This document shows, piece after piece, positions 54,678 to 64,000 of a stretch of DNA of 64,000 nucleotides (its first letter is position 1; each line of letters opens with the position of its first letter). The notes beneath the pieces were generated by a model. The model saw nothing but the letters and a program-made list of their open reading frames with translations, did no database searches and was not told where the DNA came from. Location: assembly GCA_963806185.1 (NCBI GenBank), contig CAWDXE010000007.1, positions 96,001-160,000 of the forward strand, written 5' to 3'. The stretch is from an uncultured candidate division Zixibacteria bacterium (GTDB lineage Bacteria; Zixibacteria; MSB-5A5; GN15; FEB-12). The translations under genes were made by a program, and so were the position numbers.

Positions 54678-54947
54678 ATGGTTCTTTCCGTCTGTTACAC
54701 GAGCCCTGAAAGCGAAAGGGAAGAACACGAACCCTCGCCGACCGAAGATTTGTTACGTCTGTCCGATACTGAGGATCAGCGGGGCCAAATATTTGCTGAT
54801 CTACGTGAAAGATTCTCGCGAATTGCCAAAAGACGAATTGGGGTGCAGGATGCAGAGGACGTTGCCAACGAGGCGAGTCTAACGGTTGTGAATCTGTGCG
54901 GATATGACGCCCCCGCGATCTACTGCGCGCGTATCGGTCATGCGTGA
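54678..54947 (+). pseudogene. ECF sigma factor region-2 remnant
   Basis: FADLRERFSRIAKRRIGVQDAEDVANEA resembles ECF region 2. Truncated, with no region 4. Confidence 0.55.
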
Positions 54948-55133
54948 CCAGTCGCCGGATTAGACGGATTTAGCGTGAGCTGCAAACGCCCAAATTGTCT
55001 GCACCTCCTAATCGCATGCCCCGGTAATCGGGAGTCGCAGTGTCGCCACATGGGTACACACTCTGGATGGACAAGTGAAATGTAGACATCAATTATAATA
55101 CTTCAATCGGCTGAATATTGCCAGGAGAAAGGT

Positions 55134-58100
55134 ATGTTCACGAAAACTGCGTGTTCAACATTCGCGCTGATCGTACTGCTGCCGATTCTTGCATGGGCTG
55201 AGCGCATCTCAGTTGCGTCGCAAGAAAGCTCGGACGTAGTCGTGACGGTGCTCGAATCAAGCGATACTCGCACCGTCGTCCGCTTCGACATTAATGCCTT
55301 CAATCAGGACACTGTCGATGTCGAGGGAAAACCATACTTCAGGCTCAGACTGTCGGGGGAATCCTTTGCCCATCAACTCGGTGCACCCGAGTTGCCGGTG
55401 ATTTACCGGAGTCTCGGTCTGCCTGACAATGTTGATGCGAGCCTGCGGATCGTGTCGTCGGAGTTTGTCGACATATCAAACACCCCGGTAGTTCCGTCCG
55501 ATGGCGGGATCGTACCCGAGGCGGGGGAGCGCAAGTGGACATTCGGATCGGCCTATTATGCGTCAACCTGGGTGCCTTCAGCGATAGCAGAGCTGGCGGA
55601 CCCGTTCATAATGAGAGGCATTCGAGGGGTCACTGCCAATATCAACGCGTTTCAGTATCAGCCGACAACGCACACTCTCCGCGTGTTTCGCTCGATAACA
55701 GTCGAGATTTCCGCTGATCATGCGGCGGTGACCAATGTGAGACGAGCTGATGCCTCACGCCCCGCGATAACTGGGGACTTCCAGCGGATTTATCAGGGTT
55801 TGTTTCTCAATTACGGCGCCGTAGAGAAGAGATTGGTTGCGGATCGATCGATCGCTCCATCGTCGACATCGGGAACGGGCATGCAGGCCTGGCCGGATCC
55901 GGAGATGCCGGACGAGCTGGGAGAGATGCTGATCGTCGTTTACGACGACTTCCATGATGCCATGCTGCCGTTTGTGGAGTGGAAGCAGCAGAAGGGGATG
56001 AAGACCACGATGGTACGGGTGTCGGAAACGGCGAACTATCCGTTCACGCCAGTCAGTTATCCGTATGAGTTCTGTCCTCTCACTGCGGTTTGTAATAGCG
56101 TGAAGTCATACATTCAGAATTATTACAATGAGCACCCTACGTTGTCCTATGTGCTCCTGGTTGGAGACGGTAACGAGATTCCGGCCATCGAGTGTCGATC
56201 GTTTGAGAGCGAAGTCACTGAATCTGATTTCTCATACAGCCTTATCGACGGTGTTGACGCCTATCCGGATGTCATTGTCGGTCGATTCTCAGCCTCCACG
56301 GTCGCACATGTTCAAACGCAGGTGAGCCGGAGTATCGACTATGAGAAGGCGAATATCGCCCCGGGCTGGCTGGAAAAGGCGGTCAACATCTCAGATCTCA
56401 GTTTCGCCGGCGGCGAAATGGATCAGATACGCGATCTGTTGGTTGCCGATGGATATCAAGTGGACAACTGGTATTGTCAGGACGCCATGAACTGCCCGGA
56501 GGGTACAACGATCGAGTCGAACCTGATTGCTGCCTTGAACGGCCCGGGACGAAGCGTAGTGAACTACTATTGGCACGGGAATGAGAATAGCTGGGCGTTC
56601 AGCCCTTTCACTGTCGATGATGTACGCGGTTTGCATAACACAGGAAAGCTGCCTATTCTCTTCAGCATCGCCTGTCGACCGGGACACTTCGTTGCCACGC
56701 CGTGTTTTGCTGAAGCGATGCTGCAGTCTCGCGAGAACTATGTCGGTGACCCGATCGGTGCGGTCGGTGCGTATATGTCATCAGAGATCATTACCGGGCC
56801 GGAATTGTGGAACGGCATCATGAGCGCTATCGGCGATCTCACCGCCGAAAACGGTAACAGCACTTACGGCGGCATGTGCTTTCATGCAGCACACACGATG
56901 GTACAGCGGGGCTCTGAGGCCTGGGCCGGCGTAATGATCGTTTTCGGAGATCCTTCGCTGCAAGTGCGCAAGCAGGCACCCGGTACACTGGCGATTGCGC
57001 CCTTAACGAGTATCGACTACAACGCAGCCAGTGTGACCTTATCTGGCGCAACGCTCAACGGCGCGGCCGCGCCGAACATCCGGTGCGGGTTATATGGCGA
57101 TAGCACGATGTGGGGTTCGAGTCTCACGGACGTCGCTGGCCAAGTGTCGGTACCGTTGAGTTCTCCCATCTTTGCCTCTGGTCCGCTACTGCTGACTGTT
57201 ACGGCGCGCGACGCGGACGTAATCCAGATGCCGGTGGCGTTGACGGGATTGACCATTCAGGCTGCGCAGTTGCCGAATACCATTGAGATCCTGGAGCCGT
57301 ATACCGTAACCTGCAAGGTGTTCCACGACAATTACTCGTATTCGACTCCGGCGCTCGAATATCGGGTGAATAGTGATCCCACATGGCAGTCCATTACCAT
57401 GACGTCCGGGACAAATCCTGACGAGTATAGCGGGCAAATCCCCGCTCAGGCACCGGGCAGCACCGTCTACTATCGCGTCTCGGCTTCGAACGAGAACTCC
57501 TATTCGTACGTTACGCCGGAGTACAGCTTCTGGGTCGTCGACTATGCTTTCACCCTCGATGTGCCTGAAGTGACGATCGACACGGAACTGTATAACCATC
57601 CCGTGTATTTCGACATGGGCATAACAAACGAAGGCGCGGTGACGGACTATTACACTCTCAGTGTCGCCGAGGGACTACCGTGGACCGCGACGTTCGTGAA
57701 TATGGCTGATCAACCCATCACTCAGACTTCGACGATGCACAGCGGACTCGGGTATGCATTTCGACTCAAGGTAATAGTCGGTTCCGCAACTCCAGATGCG
57801 GCGATTGATATCCCGATAACAGTTGCGTCGGGACAACGTCCGGAGCTTACCCGGTCCGAGACTTTCACGGTGGTGTCTGAGGGTGCTGCGTTGACGCCGC
57901 CGTTCGCGGACGATTTTGCCGGTTCGACGCTCGATTTGGACAAGTGGCGCGACTGTCTGCAGGCAATCAACAAGTTGCTGATTTCAAGCAGCGCCTATTA
58001 CGATGCGGGTGGCGCACGACCGCAGCCATACTCTGCCTGCCTGTATACGTCGATGGAACTGGGGCTGGCAGCCTCAGCTGCTCTTGTGATGTGCTCCGGG

Positions 58101-59975
58101 TTGACGAGCAAGATGATCGACCTGTCATCGTTTGCCAATGCAAAACTGTCGTTTTGGGGAGAGCGCGGCGGAATGCTAAACCTGCCGGAAGGCGATGACG
58201 AATTGGTTGTTGAGTACATGGATGGTCAGAAGGTGTGGCAGGAGTTGGCTCGATACGGGTCTACATATTTCACTAATGCTGCGTTCACGGAGGTGCGTCA
58301 GGCGCTGCCGTTGGCTGCACTTCACTCTCGGACTCAGATTCGTTTTTATTCAATCTCAACCGTCGATCTCAAAGACCCGATACAGGGCGATCGGGACCAT
58401 TGGTTCATCGATGACGCTTCTATTTACGTCGTGCCCAGTGCTCCGGTGTTATCAACGCCCATTTCGGGGACTCATTCGACGAACCAAACGCCGACGCTGA
58501 CCTGGCAGCCGTCGCAGCCATCCGGGCAAGTGAGCTCATATCATGTGGAGATCAGTCTGGATCCGACATTTGCACAGATCCACCGTTCAGCCTCCGTAAC
58601 CGGTACCACCTGGACAGTCACGCCCGCCCTCGGAACGGGTGCCGCATCCTACTACTGGCGAGTGAATGCTCAGATGCAGCTGGCGAGTACACAGCTGACA
58701 GATTCAAGTGCCTGGTCGACGACTTATACCTACGTCACAACGACGGGGGGGGGCGGTGGTGGGGGCTCCTCATGTCCCGTCTTGTTTGCATATAATGGGG
58801 CAGCTTATCAGGAAGAGAATCCGCTGCTCACGCGTTGCGAAGAGAGCGGTTATAAGGACGCAGTGACGGACTACTATCTTGTTCAAACGCGAGTTGATGC
58901 GAAAACCGGGTTGCTCAGATTCGAACTTCGCGAACAGGAAGATGAGATAACTTATCTGGACAGTGTCTCCTTGCTGCAAGTTGATCATAGCAGCGGCACC
59001 AAGGTAGGATGTTCGGTCGATGGGTTCCCGTTCCTCTACAACGATATCATCTCGCCGATTGCGGCGATCGACCAGGATGGAAACGACTGGCTGGAGGCAG
59101 TCAGTGACAAAGATAACGTCTTGTTTACCGCCATTGGGCCGGGGGAGCTGACGGTTACGTTTGAGGTACCGGCTGGGCGGACAGGTCTCAGAATAGCTGC
59201 CGGTCTCAAGCCGCCTTACTGTATAGCGCGGAAACCCGGATCAGGTACCCCCGTCGCCGGAATGAGGGGGGTGAATGTCTCAGGTCGATCAGCGGAAGTC
59301 GGCTGGAACGACCTCGCAACCTTGCCGTTGCGAGAGCGGCCGACGGACGAATATGTGCTTCTTAACGCGGGTACAGATGGAAATCAGAGGACGATCGAGT
59401 TACGAATTACCTGGCCAGATGCCTATGTCGCCGATGTAATCAGTTTGGTCGTGATTGCCGACGAGCAGCCGGTGGTCTCTCCGCTATTGGCAGATTGCGG
59501 CAAGTTGACGCACAAAGACGGGACAGGTATCGACGTAATTCGGCCGAGTGAGGACCGAGTGACGCTCATAAAGGGCGACGTGCTCGCACTTGATTTCAAG
59601 GCGGAAGAGACGTCAAGCCCGTGGACGACGCGCGACTACGTCGTAAAGGCATCGGGTCGGTATGTGCCTGTCGTTGTCGCGTCAACGGATCTACCCGTGA
59701 AATTTGAGCTGTACTTCAATTACCCGAACCCGTTCAATCCGACCACCACTGTCGAATACGACTTACCCGTCTCGTGTCAGGTGAATCTCAAGGTGTACAA
59801 CGTGCTGGGTCAGGAGGTCATAACCTTGGTGAACGCCATGGAACAAGCAGGACATAAGTCTGTTGTCTGGAACGGTCGCAACAATGCGGGGGAAGCAGTG
59901 GCGAGTGGTGTGTATATGTATAGGCTGGCCGCCGGCAACTTTGTGCAAGTGAAGAAGATGCAGTTGATCAAATAG
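55134..59975 (+). CDS. C25 (gingipain-like) cysteine peptidase with propeptide, Ig-like domains and FlgD/T9SS-type C-terminal domain
   Basis: GAPELP propeptide; EWKQQKG, YVLLVGD, PDVIVGR, YYWHG (His), SIAC (Cys), FGDP; NYPNPFNP...KKMQLIK. Confidence 0.9.
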   Translation: MFTKTACSTFALIVLLPILAWAERISVASQESSDVVVTVLESSDTRTVVRFDINAFNQDTVDVEGKPYFRLRLSGESFAHQLGAPELPVIYRSLGLPDNVDASLRIVSSEFVDISNTPVVPSDGGIVPEAGERKWTFGSAYYASTWVPSAIAELADPFIMRGIRGVTANINAFQYQPTTHTLRVFRSITVEISADHAAVTNVRRADASRPAITGDFQRIYQGLFLNYGAVEKRLVADRSIAPSSTSGTGMQAWPDPEMPDELGEMLIVVYDDFHDAMLPFVEWKQQKGMKTTMVRVSETANYPFTPVSYPYEFCPLTAVCNSVKSYIQNYYNEHPTLSYVLLVGDGNEIPAIECRSFESEVTESDFSYSLIDGVDAYPDVIVGRFSASTVAHVQTQVSRSIDYEKANIAPGWLEKAVNISDLSFAGGEMDQIRDLLVADGYQVDNWYCQDAMNCPEGTTIESNLIAALNGPGRSVVNYYWHGNENSWAFSPFTVDDVRGLHNTGKLPILFSIACRPGHFVATPCFAEAMLQSRENYVGDPIGAVGAYMSSEIITGPELWNGIMSAIGDLTAENGNSTYGGMCFHAAHTMVQRGSEAWAGVMIVFGDPSLQVRKQAPGTLAIAPLTSIDYNAASVTLSGATLNGAAAPNIRCGLYGDSTMWGSSLTDVAGQVSVPLSSPIFASGPLLLTVTARDADVIQMPVALTGLTIQAAQLPNTIEILEPYTVTCKVFHDNYSYSTPALEYRVNSDPTWQSITMTSGTNPDEYSGQIPAQAPGSTVYYRVSASNENSYSYVTPEYSFWVVDYAFTLDVPEVTIDTELYNHPVYFDMGITNEGAVTDYYTLSVAEGLPWTATFVNMADQPITQTSTMHSGLGYAFRLKVIVGSATPDAAIDIPITVASGQRPELTRSETFTVVSEGAALTPPFADDFAGSTLDLDKWRDCLQAINKLLISSSAYYDAGGARPQPYSACLYTSMELGLAASAALVMCSGLTSKMIDLSSFANAKLSFWGERGGMLNLPEGDDELVVEYMDGQKVWQELARYGSTYFTNAAFTEVRQALPLAALHSRTQIRFYSISTVDLKDPIQGDRDHWFIDDASIYVVPSAPVLSTPISGTHSTNQTPTLTWQPSQPSGQVSSYHVEISLDPTFAQIHRSASVTGTTWTVTPALGTGAASYYWRVNAQMQLASTQLTDSSAWSTTYTYVTTTGGGGGGGSSCPVLFAYNGAAYQEENPLLTRCEESGYKDAVTDYYLVQTRVDAKTGLLRFELREQEDEITYLDSVSLLQVDHSSGTKVGCSVDGFPFLYNDIISPIAAIDQDGNDWLEAVSDKDNVLFTAIGPGELTVTFEVPAGRTGLRIAAGLKPPYCIARKPGSGTPVAGMRGVNVSGRSAEVGWNDLATLPLRERPTDEYVLLNAGTDGNQRTIELRITWPDAYVADVISLVVIADEQPVVSPLLADCGKLTHKDGTGIDVIRPSEDRVTLIKGDVLALDFKAEETSSPWTTRDYVVKASGRYVPVVVASTDLPVKFELYFNYPNPFNPTTTVEYDLPVSCQVNLKVYNVLGQEVITLVNAMEQAGHKSVVWNGRNNAGEAVASGVYMYRLAAGNFVQVKKMQLIK

Positions 59976-60424
59976 CTGCGTTGATTTGCGGCGACAGTGC
60001 CGTTAGAGCGCGTTATTCAGAGTGCCATGTCGCTCACGATCGGGTGTGCATGGCACTCGCGATATCGACATTTGGCAAGGTCAGTCGTCCTGCGCACGAT
60101 CGATCCGGATGGTTTTGGTGGTATTTCGGATTACCTTTCGGCTTGGCAGCGAGCTCGGTCGCTGGAAGAGTGAAGAATCACTTGCATCCACTCAATCGTA
60201 CTGTAGATTGTGGTTGCCATTGTCGGTGATGCCTGGATAGAGCACCGACAACAGGCTATGGTTACAATCATCGATCTTGAGTGCCCGGTGGTGAGTGAGC
60301 GTATGACGTTCTACGAACACACCATCAGGGATTCACATACGTAAATCATCTGAGCTAAACTCTGTGGGCAGTGCTGCCCAACTGCGCAGTTGGGCTGTCT
60401 GCCGAGAAGGGAGAGGAGTAAACC

Positions 60425-63400
60425 ATGGAACCGGGTAACTTCATCAAGGTTTCCAGCTTACTGTTGGCAGTGTTGACGACGGCGTATCCGTCTGCAGGCG
60501 GGGCTACAGAGAAACCCGACGGGGGAATCGACAATCGCCGTCAAACAATCAAAACCTACGATCTGGCGGCGGATCGACCACGCGAGCGGATATCTACGAG
60601 ACTTTCGGGGATTGTTGGTCCCCAATTAGCCGCACCCGTCCGACGAATCTCCGTCGGCGCCTCCGGCGATAACGCGGCTACCGCGGGCCCGGGTATCGAA
60701 GTTGAAGCTTCTTACGACGACTGGCAGGGCTCGTCTCGCGGCCGTCGCGTGGATTTCTGGGGCACCCCGGATATGCACTTCGTTTATCAGGATCAGCCCG
60801 CACCGATTACGACTGAAGAGCGTGCCGGCTATAACGTGTATAGCCCCACGCTCAATAACTGGCCGAAAGGCTTGGGCATTGGTTGCGAAGTTCAGGCCGC
60901 CGGCGACTACGGTATCATCACCTCGATGGCTGTGACCCCCAAGGGCCGCGTCATCCTGGCTGGTGCAGAGCCGCTGTCTCAGATGGACAACCACTTCTAT
61001 TATCAGCCCTCTGCCACAGCTTACTCTTGCACCTGGGGCACCGGCACCAAGATTCCGAAACTCGGCACCAACGGCTACAGCACCTGGCGTGGCCTTGCTT
61101 CCGATACCGCTCCGGAAATGGTTCTCCCGATTGTGGAAACACAAATCATCGGTTCTGATACCATTACCCACGTTGCGGCTCGTTGGCAGGGCACGGTTAA
61201 TCGCCCGCGCGACCGGCAATCGGCCACCGCCGGTTTCCCGATGCTGTACTACCGCAAGCTTGGCCAGACGGCCTGCCGGTACCTGGACCGGTCCGGTACT
61301 TCTGGATACCGTCTTCTCGCAGTGCAACCTGGCTGCTTCCCGCGTGAATAGCAATATCGCCGTTGTCTACACCCGTAACGACCGATCAGGGTTACATTCA
61401 GGGGAAGGCAACGACGAATGCGTGGCTTATCGGGAATCCACCGACGGTGGATTGACCTGGGGCCCGCGTACGGCGATTACCACGCAAGACCGGGCGTCGC
61501 GTCAATCTCTCCGTGGATCGAATGCTCAGGCGCTCTACGACCAGCAACGGCGATCTCCACGCGGTTTTCAACGCGGTCAACGTTGTTGCCGATCCATACG
61601 CGAGCAGGATATGAATGGAATTCGCTATTCAATGGGTCGAATGTCTATCACTGGACGAAATCCATCAATCAGATCAGCCTGATTTACGATGCCACCTGGC
61701 CCGATCCGGCTTGGGTATGTGGGTGGATGGGATTCGACGCCCTGACTACGGCACAACTGAGCATTTCCGAGTGCGCTGGCCGTCTCTATGTGTTCTGGTC
61801 GATGGCCAACGATCTCAATACCCCCGGTGCTCCGACCGACGATTGTACTTCCGGCGGTGCGCCGTATGACTGGCGTTTTTATGCCAACGCCGACGTCTTC
61901 ATGTCGGTGTCCAACGATCTCGCCGGCGCCCTGTGGGATGCCCCGCGTAACATCACCAATACCTATACCCCGAACTGTGACTCTGCCACCGGCAACGGCG
62001 TTTGTATGAACGACGTCAAGATGGCGGTGTCGCGTTATGGTATGGACTCCTCGCAGTACGGCGTGGCCATGACCTGGCAAGAGCCGCCGCTCACCATGGG
62101 TGGTACCATTACCAACGACTCGACTCTCCACCTGTTCTATGTGGAAGATCACTATCCGGGCCAGTACAATTTACAGGACGCCTCGTTGACGTTCGTTCCG
62201 ACGCTGAACCCGCTGCGCTATGCTCGCTTGGCGTGTGTTGCGCCGAACACCGCTCCGACAATTCACTTGGAACCTCTTGTCGCCTCGGCCTCAATCCGAC
62301 ATGGCATGAGCGCCGCGGTAACCGTGACCGTTCGCAATAGCGGCAATACCACACTTACGATAGGCTCCATCGACATACATAAGGACAACTACGCCCCTGA
62401 GAACTGGCTCGGAGTGTCTGCCACTTCACAGTCCGTTCCACCCGCAAGTACGGGAACTTTCAATGTCAGCTTCACCGCCACACCTTTTTTCACGGCGGGT
62501 ACAATTTGGACTGCCGGCGGGAGTGTGACTCTGCATTCAAACGTGCATACGGCTGACTCGGTGCTGGTCATTCCTGTAGGTTTGGCGGTAAAAGATGACA
62601 CGACAGAATCCGTGAAGATATATGAGCTTGATTATCGAACCGCGGGACCCGAAAAGCCCCAAACGGTGTGGGCTTGGGCGCGAATAGCATTTCAGCCGGG
62701 TCCAGGAATCAAGTACTTCAACCTGGCCGTAAATGATGCTTGGCGGGTGAAGAATGTGCCGGTTTACGCGGTTGAGGGTGGTTTCCCTATCCAATCTCTT
62801 GACATCCTATTTCCTCTGTTGGAGAGCACACCCAGTGTTCGCTATGGCTTTACAATTACGCCTGGAATCGGGACACAACCAGAATGCAGACTTGTGGACG
62901 ATCCGACCAGGATGTTAGTTTATTGGCCGAGCGGCCTTGCCGAACAAGAGGTCGTGGACACGGGACTCGCCTATGTCGCACCGACCGCTATTACCGGGGG
63001 CTTGGTCGCAGATGGCACGGCACACAGACATCTCGATTTCCCAAGCCAACAAGCGTGTGTGATGTGTTGTACTCCGACGTCCGTTTCGAACTCACTGAAA
63101 TTTCTAAATACAAGGCACAACCTGCATATCCCGGAGGCGGAATTGTCGCCTGAGGCGATGAAGGCAGCGACCCATTGGACTGCCAAGGACGGTTGCTGGG
63201 GGACCATTGACCCGGAAAGAGGACCCAGCAACTGGAATACATGGTATGCATATAAGAAACAGTACTTGCTTAACAATGGAATTCCCATTTGGACTGAGCG
63301 GCGTTCGCCTTATCGTGTTAACGAAATGGCGGCAGAAATAGATAAGAACAACGTCGTTGAAATGAGCTTCTGGGGACGGCGCTACGATCCTTCCGAAAAC

Positions 63401-63856
63401 GAGTTTATAGAATGGGGACATACAGCTTCGTTGATCGGCATCACTGACGTAGGCGGCGGCCGCTATTCTATGGTGTTTGCCGACGATTTACAACAGGGGA
63501 ATGATTCCGTACCAACCTGGCCGCCGTATATCATGGTCTGGGACGCCAATACACAGATGTTCCAATCTCATGTATATCGTACGATCCGGAATCTCGTCAT
63601 TGAGACTCCAGTCGATTCCGTCTCCGGTTGCTGTATTGCCACGACCGGCAACGTCGACGGCGATGCCCTTGACGGCGTAGACGTCGGTGATCTGACCAAG
63701 CTGATCAATAACCTGTTTATCACCTTTGAAGCCATTGACTGCCCGGCGGAAGCCAACTGTGATGGCGACGGTGCGAACAGTGTCGACGTAGGTGACTTGA
63801 CGGCGTTGATTAACAACCTGTTCATAACCTTTGCGCCGCTTCCTGCCTGTCAGTAG
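60425..63856 (+). CDS. Secreted paralogue of the 46232 protein (shared N-terminus) with papain-like domain and dockerin; multiple frameshifts at 61270-61610
   Basis: ORFs 60425..61351, 60963..61682 and 61418..63856 align consecutively to the 46232 protein. QQACVMCCTP...WGHT...ADD; GCC-dockerin tail. Confidence 0.75.
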
Positions 63857-63873
63857 GCAAAGTCGAATCTTCG

Positions 63874-63910
63874 GAGCGAGGCCACAATCATTGAGATTGT
63901 GGCCTCGCTC
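63874..63910 (+). terminator. Hairpin after the last gene
   Basis: Perfect 16-bp stem GAGCGAGGCCACAATC/GATTGTGGCCTCGCTC with a 5-nt loop and a weak U-tract. Confidence 0.6.
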
Positions 63911-64000
63911 TGACTACGCAGCTCACCGATCCATGCTGCACCTCGTCCAACTTGATACTGCTTCTGCGAACTCAGCTGTCACAGTAACCGGAGGATGTGA

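Noticed and set aside
58744..58765. Poly-G phase-variation tract
   Set aside because: It encodes an in-frame Gly linker and the ORF is intact.
61270..61610. Hypervariable, DGR-like or phase-variable region
   Set aside because: Clustered single-base insertions with conserved residues in alternating frames. No reverse transcriptase or template repeat is present, so locally poor consensus is more likely.

Overview
Bacterial window of about 57-60% GC (estimated by eye). It is most likely from candidate division Zixibacteria, inferred from the C-terminal 'CC..TGN(V/I)DCD..G(V/I)DIGDLT.LIDNLFI' dockerin-like tails and a FlgD/T9SS-type C-terminal domain. Bases 1-25.9 kb are mostly core chromosome: DDAH, PilZ, DUF885, HDOD, an MrfB/YprB-like exonuclease, rpmE-DUF1385-prfA-X-prmC-nth, yajC-def-fmt-rng and CYTH, plus a small SIR2 islet and a cluster of REP-like hairpins. 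tRNA-Ser(TGA) lies at 25911-25995. Its 3' 18 nt recur at 45843-45860, delimiting a ~20-kb island with no recognisable integrase. The island holds the best candidate for an undescribed system. Three paralogous PPDK-like proteins (ATP-grasp plus an SxGxHFF His domain, no pyruvate-binding barrel) carry different input/output domains: GAF-like plus nucleotidyltransferase, none, or REC-REC. They sit among two glutamate dehydrogenases, a metallophosphoesterase and an orphan NarL regulator, with three 22-bp-phased boxes upstream of gdhA. A PAS-LuxR, porin and MCP unit follows. From 46 kb to the end there are large secreted modular proteins (a cohesin/dockerin scaffold candidate, a metallopeptidase, a gingipain and a papain-like paralogue), with a repeated ~93-bp att-arm-like element suggesting tandem cassettes. 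Several single-base frameshifts look like sequencing error.
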